Positions 11,470-21,537 of a DNA stretch of 57,773 bases are shown in pieces (the first letter of the stretch is position 1; each line of letters begins with the position of its first letter). Source of the stretch: Fonticula alba ATCC 38817 (Eukaryota; Protista; Nucleariida); the NCBI GenBank assembly GCA_000388065.2, contig KB932202.1, one strand, 5' to 3'. Under the pieces are notes generated by a model. That model had not been told where the DNA came from and did no database searches. It saw nothing but the letters and a program-made list of their open reading frames with translations. The translations under genes were made by a program, and so were the position numbers.

Positions 11470-12085
11470 CCCCCCCCCCTCCGACGGAAGAACGCCCCGG
11501 GTGACAACCCGCGCGGGCTCCACCAGGACCGGTGGCGTTCGGGAGCGGGGGGAAGTGGGACGACGGCCCGCCTGCCACGAGGGAGGGGCGCGCGCGCCCG
11601 CGCGAAAGCATCACATGTGCACGTCAGGAGACATGTGCCAACGGAGGGATCCTTTGCCTGACGATTGACCTTGCGGAAACTGCGCCCCGGCGGCCGTAAC
11701 CGCAACCCCGGCCTCCGGGCGTCCGGACGGGAGGGTACGGGAAATTCAAAATGCCCCGGCGCCCATATCCGGACACGGCCGTGGGGTTGCGATCTGGGTC
11801 CGGGGTGCGGCGCCGTAAGTGTTGGACCGTTGTCGGCTAGATCGCCAGCCCGGCGGCCTCCCTGGGGGGGCGGGCGGGCGGGGTTCAAAAGTGGGGCTCG
11901 CCATGGCCGGCCGGCCGGCCGCCGGCTGGCCTCGGGCATGGACCTTCTTCGCCCCCTTTCCCTCCATCACGCCTTCCCTTGCGCGCCCGCCGCCTCCCTT
12001 CTCCCTTCGCCTGCCTCCTGCTCCCTCCCTGTGCCTCTCTCGCCCCTTCCCTACTCTGTGCCGGCCGTGTGCGCGTGCGCGCTCA

Positions 12086-15000
12086 ATGGTCGCCCGACCG
12101 CCTGGTGATCGACCGACCGGACGCCAGCGGGCTCGTCCACGATGGCGACTTCGTGATGGTAATGTGCCTGTTGCTCCTCCCGGGATTCCGTCCCTGCCGG
12201 CCTTTCCCCTGTTGCGCTAACAGCATATGACGTTCTGTCTTTATCCTCCCAATGCCCCCCCCCCACCCCCCGCTCCCCCACCCAACAACCAGATCCCGGC
12301 ACCGACCGGGCCCTCCTGGCTGCCGTCCATTCCCACTTCGCCATGGCGCGGGTGTTGAAGCGGCGTGAGCGTCTCGCCTGCGCACGCCGGGCGGCCGTCT
12401 GCGCGCAACTGCTGTCGCGCATCGAATCTTACGCCATCGGCTCCGGTGCGCGGCCCCCCCCCCCTCCCCTTCGCGCCCGTCCCCCGGGCCGCCGCCGATT
12501 TGCCCTCCGTACTTCGCTTGCCAGCCGGACTCACCCCTCTTTCGCCTGCCCCCTCCCTTCGATAGATGGCGCGCGTCCGGCGGCGTACCTCTCCCTCCCG
12601 GATGCCATTCCCTTTTTGACGTCCCTTTCCGGGGACACAGCCGATCGGGACATTCCACTCGGTTTGTCCGAGGCCGAGATCGACGCCGAGCTGGCCTTCA
12701 GTGGCTTGACCAACCCGAGCCCGAATGACTTGTGCGTGGTCTCTTCCCCCCCGCCCCCCCCCCCCTCCCCCCCTGCCGGCCTCTTTCCCGATCTGCCCTG
12801 TGGCCGGTCATTTTGCGAAGCCCGGCCCCGCAGCCCCTGATGCCATTTCTCACTCCCCTCCACGGTGAGTAGGCTTGTTCCTACATCTCAATTCCGGCGT
12901 GACATCGAGGGCATCCGGCAAAAGATCCAACCGCGCGTGCGTGCCTCCCACCAAATGCGGCCGTGGCCCGTGCATCCCTTTCCGCTGACCATCTCCGCTC
13001 GGCGGGCGTCCTGCTCAACAGCCCCGGATCAATGTTTTTGACGAGCTTGTGACGATCGACAACGAGGATGTCGCCTCGGCAGCAGCCGCCGCGGCCTCTC
13101 GGATCTCCTCGGCTTGCTTGCTGTCTCCGCCGGCAGGCATCCATCCGCTGGCCTTCCAGGGGATGATGGAGGCTGCCAAGGGCCAGGCCCCGGGGTCTGC
13201 TCCACTGCGGCCGACATCGGCACCCCCTGAGACGCCGAGGCTCAGCCGCAACCCCGGAGCCGGGATGATTCCGCTGCCCACGCCCTCGGCGCATGTCAGC
13301 CTCAGCCCACGATCCCGACACCTTGCCAATCGGGCAGCCGCCGCTGCCGCCGCTGCTGCCGCCGCCGCTGCTGCCGCCGCCGCCGCCGCCGCCGCCGCGG
13401 CGAATGCAGTGGACGGGGCCACCAGGAGTGGGCCGTCCAAAGACCCAAGTCGCGATGCCTCCCCCAGTCCCGGGCCCGGTGGCCCGGCCGAGGGGTCTTC
13501 CCCGGCGCCGCTCGGCAGCTCGGGCGATGTTTGGCCCCAGAAGCCGTGCGACCGGGGCTCCCCTGCTGGTGATCGTGCTGCCGAGGGGGATGCCCCAGGC
13601 ACCGCGGCGGCCCCCCCTCGAGGTGATGCTGGCCGGGCCCGACCGGCGCGACTGGCTGCATCGGCTGCCACCGCTTCGGCCCCGGGCTCTCCGAGCCGTG
13701 CGGCGCGCCCGGCTCCCCGGCGTCGAGGAGACTCACGGTCGAATATGCTGATTTCGCACAATGTCGATGAGAGCATCCCACCGGCTCGGCTGGGGTCTGC
13801 TTACGACCCGCTCCTCCAGGACCAGGGGGCTGATGATGCCATGGCCGAGCGTCCTGCTGGGGCGCGGGCCGACCGGGCAACCAGCGTGTCAGCCGCTGCC
13901 GCCCCGGCCACCGGAGACTTGTCCCTGTCCGCCGGGCAGTCGCCCGGCAGTGAGGGCGGCTCCCTGGCGGAGACGGTCCTGGTGAGCGAGGACCATGACA
14001 GTCACGCTCAGGAGCCGGTTCCATCGAGGTTCTACGCCACGCGCAAGGTGATCGTCGGGAGCATGGCCCGGCAGCTGACCCCAGCCGAGGCAGCCGACCT
14101 GAGTCTGACCTCGGTGGACCCGCAGGTGGTGGCTGCCGGGTTGCCGCTTTTCAAGTGGACGCTCTACGTCCGGGGCACGCCCGAGGTATGGCATGTATTT
14201 TTCTCGGCGCCGCCCCTGCCCTCTCCCTTTGCGCCGGCTGCCGGTGTCCCCTTTCCGCAGATGCCGCCCTCTTTCCGCTGTTTCTGGGACCCCCCCCCCC
14301 CCCCCCCCCCCGCGGCCCCCGTCGATGTGCATGTCACAAAAAGTAGTAACTCCAAGCCGCTTGCGCTGACCAGGACCCGGACTTGGGCTTCATCGACTCG
14401 GTGCGGTTTTTCCTGCACCCGTCCTTCGCACCGGATGACATTGTCGAGTGTGCGCGGCTGCCTGTTCCGCCGGGCTCGACCATGCCAGTCCAGGCGACCG
14501 GCGTGGACACCGGGCCGCTGCGGGCCAACCCCACCCGCCGGGCGCCCTTCAAACTGACGCGCTACGGCTGGGGCGCCTTCCCGGCCCGGGTGCGTTTGAG
14601 TCTTGCCTCGGCTTCGGTCGATGAGCCTGGCAAGGCGGTGGACATCGTCCACATGCTGCAGGTGCGTGAGCGTGCATGTGGTCGCACGATGCGAGTAGGC
14701 ACAAAAAACGCGGCAGGGCCAATGGCGGGCCAGCCCCGAGAATGGGCTTGTCCCCACGACTGACTGAGTTGCCCCCCCCCCCCCCCCCCCCTCCGGCCGG
14801 CGCGTGGTCCTGCAAGTTGGACCCGCAAAAATGCGGCATCGCCACCCGGCCGACGCGCACCGGCAAGAGTCGTCTACTTGTGGAGAAGGAGTATTTGATC
14901 GAGGTGGACCGGCGCTTGCTGGACCCGGCCCCAGGGACCAGGGCTGGCGTGGGTGCCACTCGGGCACGCGGCCGGCCCCCAGCCAGCGCAAGCAAGCCCC

Positions 15001-15877
15001 CGGGACCAAGGGTGTCGGGCTCGACTCGGCGCGACTCCTCCACCACCCATGGTCCGGTGGCCGGGGTCCCTGCCGGTTCTCCGGCCATGCCGGCCCGCCA
15101 GCCGATGACCACCCGGCAGGACACCTTCTGCCAGGCGTGTGGTCTGGTGCTGCCGGATCTCCCGGCTCACGGCTCCACTGCCGCGTCCAAGCACCAGTGT
15201 CCCCCCTCGGCCCTGTTGGATGCCTGGCTGCCGGTGGGCCTGAACGGCCTGGAGGCCCGGCTGGCCCAACTCGAGTCGCAAACCATCGCCCTGGCCCAGG
15301 AGCCGGCCGATCGATCGGGCGAGGAGGATCTCGATGTGGACATCCTGGATGACGATGCCGATGGCGCCCGAGGCAATGACCTTGGGTCGCCGTCGCATTG
15401 CGGCGACCGGTCGCTTGCGGCCGAGCAGTCAGGTGCGCGGCATGTCCCTTTCCATGGCCCCCCCTCCCCTCCTTGCTCTCCCTGCCGGTGGGGACCGGGT
15501 TTACTCACCGCCGACACACGATGCATGTTGATGATGGGACAGCCGCAGCCGGGCAGCAGCCGATCCAGTCGCCCGGCGCCCCTGCCGGGCGTCCCTTCTC
15601 CACGGCGGCGGCTCGGTTGCTGGCCACGGCTGCCCTGCTGGCCTCTCGGCGCTTGGTGGATGCCTCGGTCGAGCAGTTGCGCACGGACCGGAGCCATGAC
15701 GCTGGCACTCGGGCCTCTGGCGTCCTGACCTCGGCGCATGTGGCTCGTGGGCTACTCCGGTGCGGGCCGCTGGCCATGCTGGCCTGGCCGGCGCTCGGGA
15801 CCGCCACACTGGACCCGGGGTCTCCGCGTCCGGAGTCCCGCACTTCCGGAGCCGATGACTCGGATTCCCGCCGGTAG
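12086..15877 (+). CDS. YEATS2: YEATS domain-containing protein 2-like (N-terminal coiled coil, YEATS acyl-lysine reader, C-terminal histone-fold-like region)
   Basis: YEATS segments RKVIVGSMAR...FKWTLYVRG / FIDSVRFFLHPSFAPDDIVE / PFKLTRYGWGAFPARVRL...VDIVHMLQLD. C-terminal ...VLTSAHVARGLLRCGPLAML resembles the YEATS2 tail. ATG 12086 splices in phase (g|gtaatg...cag|at) to the next exon; an upstream in-frame ATG at 11902 is possible. Confidence 0.8.
13334..13402 (+). repeat. (GCC/GCT)n trinucleotide repeat encoding a 23-Ala tract in the YEATS2-like CDS
   Basis: Direct reading in frame with ORF 13049..14557. Confidence 0.9.
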
Positions 15878-16196
15878 CGCGAGTGCCCCGAGCTTTTGTG
15901 CCACCCAGTGCACAGTGTTGGCCAAACATGCGGTCCTGCATGCGTGCCCCTGCCTCCTCCTCTCCTGGTGCTTTCCCCCCACCGCCTCTCTTCACATTTC
16001 CCGGGCGCCCCATGCCCCGCGGGCGTCCCCCCCCCCCGCCTCTCCCTGGTCTCCTTGCCCATCCGGAATATACCCCATGTCACGGAATTGCCTCTTTCTT
16101 TCGGTTGCTTGTGCGGCGGTCTGCTGCACAAGAGGAGGCAGGAGAAGCGAGGGCAGAGGAACGTGTATTTCCTCCAAAAGGAGGACGAGAATGCGC

Positions 16197-16227
<31 letters not shown>

Positions 16228-16270
16228 CGCGCGTGCGTGCGTGCAGACGAGGGGAAGGCGGGAGGGGGAT

Positions 16271-17307
16271 TCACAAGGACGAAAGAATGGTTTGGACGTC
16301 GGCCTCCAGGCGGGCAACGAGGCCAGGGTTGAGCCCGGGACCGCCGGACGCGAAGAAGGCGTCCAGAGCCTCGGCCTCGGCGGCGGCGGCGGCGGCAGCA
16401 GCGGACGAGGATGAATCCACCGTCCCCGGCGCCGGGAGGACCACCCCCGGTCCGCTCGGGTCCGCCGACTCCAGTAGCATCGTCAGGTCGTCGGTGAGAA
16501 GACTCAGCTCGTCCAGGCCCAGACGGCTGAGAACGGCGTCGACCGGCGCCTGTGCCCGGCCAGCTGCCGGGAGATCCGACGGACAGAGGGGAGTCGGGAG
16601 GGGCTCCAGCGCGCCGGCTAGGGCCGGGGCCAGGCGCACCGCGGCCGTCTGCCGGCGAATGGCTGCCCAGGTGGGCGGCGGCCGAACGGCAGGCAATGCC
16701 TGTTGCACCGTGGGCCCCGGCGTAGCAGGCACAGCGGGGGGAGGGCCCGCGCGGGGACCAGCAGTCGAGGGCGCCACACTGGCCGAGGAGGCACCACCAA
16801 CGGCGGCAGGGCGAGTCGCCATCCCGGGGCCCGATTCGAAGGGGGAACGGTTTGGGGGAATGGCGGGCCCCGTTGTCGGGGGGGTTCCAGCCGCCGGGGC
16901 CGGTGGCTGGCGGTGGCCCGGCTGCTGGGGCTGCGCCACTTGCGGGGTTTGCTGGTTCTGAGGCCGGGGCCGGTGGGCGAAGGAGCCGGGCGCGGTGGCA
17001 GGAGCCGCCAGGGCCGGCGGGGNNNNNNNNNNNNNNNNNNNNNNNNNNNNNNNNNNNNNNNNNNNNNNNNNNNNNNNNNNNNNNNNNNNNNNNNNNNNNN
17101 NNNNNNNNNNNNNNNNNNNNNNNNNNNNNNNNNNNNNNNNNNNNNNNNNNNNNNNNNNNNNNNNNNNNNNNNNNNNNNNNNNNNNNNNNNNNNNNNNNNN
17201 NNNNNNNNNNNNNNNNNNNNNNNNNNNNNNNNNNNNNNNNNNNNNNNNNNNNNNNNNNNNNNNNNNNNNNNNNNCGGGCGCCGGGGCGGGGACACTATCC
17301 TCGGTGT

Positions 17308-17361
<54 letters not shown>

Positions 17362-18219
17362 CGGCGGGGGCGGCGGGGGCGGCGGGGGCGGCGGTGGTCG
17401 AGATGTCTGGCGACGACTGTTTCCGGAAGGAGGCCGGCTTCAGGAAGGAGGAGGTCGAAGAGGAGGCACTCGGACCGGTTCCCAAGGAGGAGGCCGAGGA
17501 AGAGGGTTGCACCGTCGGCGGGGGAATGATCCGGCTGCCAGCTGCGCCTGGGCCCGGGCCAGACTTGGGTGCAGGCTGCGGCGGAGCAACCTTGGGGGTG
17601 GCACTTGGAACGAGGGTCGGCTCGGGGACCGGGGCCGGCGGGCTCGCGGCCGAGGCGACCGCAGAGCGGGAGGCACCCGGGCGGAAGGTCAGCTTTGTTG
17701 GGCCAGTGCTCCAGGGGGTCGAGATGGATGGCCCAGTTGGGGTGGCATGGGTTGGCTTGTCGGCTGGGCTTTCGGCCGGCTTGCCCGGCAGCCCGTCGAC
17801 GGGTTTGCCTGCCGGCACGGTGGCGCCCTTGCTGGCGGGCTGATCAGCCGGCTTGCCAGCCCCGGTGGAGGCTGCCAGCTGCGGGGTAAAGCGAATCGAC
17901 CGGGGAGGGGCTGGGGGGGCAGTCGCTGCCGGGGGAGCACCACCGGCCGGCAGGCGCACCGGCGCCACGGCAGTCGCATCGGTCGTGGGGACGGAGGCAG
18001 GGGCGGTGGCAGTGGCACCGGCGGCCAGAGCGGCCACCGGGGCAGGAGTGGTGGCGGCGGCGGCGGCGGTCGCAAGAGCGGGATCTCTGGCCGGCACGCG
18101 CGGGCTCAGGCCGAAGACCGGGGCCGTTGGCTTGGCGGCCTTGGCCAAAGCAGGAGGCAGAGCGGCGACAGGCCCCGAGCCGGCCGATGGGCTTGGGGTG
18201 ATGTCCTTCGAGCCGGCAG

Positions 18220-18257
<38 letters not shown>

Positions 18258-20879
18258 GTGGTGGTGGTGGTGGCGGCGGCGGCGGCGGCAGGGGCCACAG
18301 CGGGGCCAGCATCTGTGGCTGGGCCGGGCGGCGGTGAGGCGCGCTTGGCCGGCGGCGTGGCCAGCGAGCCGCCAATGCGCTTGGCCCGGGTCGCACGATC
18401 AAGAGGCGTCAGTGTCGGAGCGGTGGGCGTCTGACGGAAGCGCTCCATGATATTCCGCGACAGAGGGGACTGTGGGGGTGCCGACGAGGCGGGGGTCGAG
18501 GATTCCGCGGGCGCAGCGGCGGCGGCCGTGGCGGCGGCCGGGCCGGGGGCAACAGGCCGACCCGAGCCCGGGGCCGAGGGCGCCCCGGCACCAGGGACAG
18601 CATGCGCCGGGTTGGCAGAGGAGGAGGGCTCAGTAGCCGCGGCGTCGGGGGTCGGCTCAGGGCCACCGGCAGCAAGGGGCTGGGACTTCGGCGAGGGATC
18701 GACACCGGGGCTGGGCGATTGCAGGGGCAGCGGCTGGCCCGGAGCCTGGGGATGGCTGCCAGCCGTGGTGGCCGGGGTTTCGGCCTTCGGCAGCTGGCCG
18801 TCGGGGCTGGTGGTAAGGGCGCGCGAGCGCTTGTGCCCACTGGTGGCCGCGAGAGCCTCGGCTGGGGAGGATCGAGGGACATATGTGTCAGGGAAAAGCA
18901 GGGGCAAAGGGAAGGCGACAGGTTGGGCAGGGCAGAAAGAGCCAGCCAGAGGCGGGGGAAGGGGGGCGCACATGAAGGGCCGCGCTTGAGACCGGCATTC
19001 GGGAGCGAGGGGAGGCGCGGCGGGGCGGGCGTCGTGCCATCGGCGGTCGGGCCCGGGAGGGCAGCGGCCGCCGGCCCGGCCTCGATCGAAGTGCCCGCTG
19101 ACTGGCCGACAGGTGGGCGGGCGACCTCCGGCCGAGTGGCGGTTGGCTGGGCTTCCGCAGGCTGAGTAGCAGCCACGGGGGCAGGCTGGGGACGATCGCC
19201 AGCCGGCTGGGCAGCCTGGGCCTGGGCGGAGGAGGGCGGGGCAGCAGCCGGGGGCTTCTCGCCAAAAGGGGACACAGCAGCAGCAGCTGCGGTGCTGGCG
19301 GGGGCCGAGAGTGGAAGGGCAGGAGAGGGAGAAGGTCCATCCAGCGGAAGGGCCGGGGCCCCGGCAGGCAGAGCGCCCACCTTGCTCACCAGCCCACCGA
19401 AGGGGGAACTCCGAGCGGGAGCAGCCCCGCCAAACAGATTAAATGGGCTGCCCGTCGGCCTCAGGACACTGGAAAAGGGGGAAGCAATGGCCGGCTCGGC
19501 CGGAGCCAGAGGCTCCGAGCTCGCGGTGTCCCCCTCGGACATGCTGGTGTCGGCGGTGCTGGCATCGGTGCCAAGGGGATCCACGTCAGATGTGGCGGGG
19601 CCTGGGTCGCTGCCGCTGATCGCGGGCTCCGGGTCGCATGCCGAGATGGAGGGCCCAGCGGCGGGCATCGGCGCCGTTGCAGGCGCGGACTCGAGAGTCG
19701 GCTCCACTGCGCCAGGGACCGAAGCGACGGCCTCGATCACGGATGAGGGCGCCTCGGCCGGGGGCTTCGCACTCTCCGAAGGGACCGGAGCGCCAGGCAC
19801 AACGGGGGTGATAGGCGTGGTCAAGGTCACCAGGGTAGCTGGAGCAGCCGGAGCGGTGGTAGCGGTGTCCGGGGCAGCAACAGTGGCAGCCGGAGCAGCA
19901 ACAGTGGCAGCCGGGGCAGCAACAGTGGCAGCCGGGGCAGCAACAGTGGCAGCAACAGTGGCAGCCGGGGCGGCATTGGAGGGATCACTCGGCGTGTTAC
20001 CGGAAGAGGAAGGCTGCTCAGCCTTCCGGGGAGCGAGTCGCAGGAGAAACTTGGGCACAGGTCCGGCCGCAGGGGCCACAACAGGGGCCGCGGGAGTCAC
20101 GCTGGCGGCCGTGGAGGCAGCGGTAGGCGCGCCAGTTTCGGGAGCCGTCGGGGCCGGGGCCGGGGCCGAGGCAACCACAGCCGGAGCCGAGGGAGGGGGG
20201 GCCCCGGGCTGGGTGGCCGAGCCAGGGCGAGGGGCCGGCGAAGCAGCAGCGGGGGAGGCCGCAGCGGTGGCTCCAGCAGCCGGAGCGCCGGTGGGGACAC
20301 CCGATGGGGGGTCCTCCTTGGCAGCGCGACTCCGGGGAGTAACGGTGAACTTGCGGGTCGGTGCGGCAGAGGAGTCTGGAACACCGGCCGGGGGGGTCCC
20401 CGCCTTCGCCGGTGAGAGGGGCTTGGCCTTCTTGTCGGCCGTGGTGGCCGCGGCGGCCGCGGCGGCCTGCTGCAGACGCTGCTGCCGGAGCGGCTGCTGC
20501 TTCGGGGTCGGGGTGGGTCCGATCGAAGTGGGACCCTTCGGGGGGGCCGCACCGGCCGGGTCCGTGGCTGAAGGGGATGATGTCTCCAAGGTGGAGGAGG
20601 CCATGGCACTGCGGGAGCGGGGCTTCAGCAGGGTCACCGACGACTCGCCCGCGGAGGCACCCGTGTCGGGGGTGGGCGTCCCGGCGCGAGGCTTCTTCCC
20701 TGTCAAAGGAGCTACATGTCAGTAGTCAAGCAGGCCCACAGTCGGGCAAGGCCGACGGTGTTCCGAGCAGGCGATGTGGGAGGGGGGAGGGACGCACGAT
20801 TGCCGCCGGCATCCTGCTTCTTGCCGCTGCCGCCAGCACCACCGCCTGAGCGGAGGTCGGCGCCGTCAGGCCTGGCCAT
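16271..20879 (-). CDS. Hypothetical Pro/Ala/Ser/Thr-rich, largely disordered protein (~1,400 aa, 3 exons, contains a gap) with a short helical C-terminus
   Basis: ATG at 20879 (MARPDGADLRSGG...). Phase-consistent introns (c|gtgcgt...tag|ct and g|gtctca...cag|cc) join ORFs 18409..20706 and 16271..18973. C-terminus DAVLSRLGLDELSLLTDDLTMLL...LEADVQTILSSL*. No family recognised. Confidence 0.7.
17023..17274. other. Assembly gap (N run) within the hypothetical CDS, next to a G53 homopolymer
   Basis: N run; poly-G at 17309-17361. Confidence 1.
19869..19972 (-). repeat. 21-bp coding tandem repeat (ATVAAPA x ~4-5)
   Basis: Repeated ggcagccggggcagcaacagt units, translating as ATVAAPA on the minus strand. 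Confidence 0.9.
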
Positions 20880-21537
20880 GATGGCAGAGGTGAACGGAGA
20901 GGAAGGGGAGAGGGGGGGGGGGGTGCTGCCGGCAAAAGAGGGGAAGGGGCGAGGGGCGAGGGGCGAGGGGAGGGTCTTGGGGAGGAGGGAGGGGGGCGAT
21001 GCGCGGCAGATGCAGGCCAAGAGGCGAGGGGCGGGAGGGTGATGGGAGAAACTGCTTGCCTGGGTCCCCCGCCCGGGGCGGCAGCCCCCGCCGACCTCGG
21101 TGGCCGAAGAGACAACCGGAGAGGGGACCGGGTCGGCGGGGCGGGACGAGGGTCGGCGGGGCGGGACGAGGGGCGACGGAAAACCAGTGCCCTAATCCCG
21201 TGCTGACGGTGCGGCGCCAGCGGCCGCAGCGTTGGGAGTCCGGCTGGCCCGTTGGCGACCGAGAAGCCCGCCCGCAAACAGAGCACTGGCAAGAAGATGG
21301 ATGCTGATATACCAGAACATGGCCGACCTCCCTACACGGGCATCCGGGGCGGGGGGCGGGGCCGACCGATGGCCCCGGGCGTTGGCCGGTGGGCGGTGCC
21401 AAGCAGCCATACTTCTTCCTCCTCCTCCTCCTCCTTCTCTTCTTCTTCTTCTTCTTCGTACTTGCGTGCGTGCGTGCGTGTGTATGCAGGCAGGGGGTGT
21501 ATTGGCCGGCGCATGGTGGCCGAGAGGTGGCGCGAAT

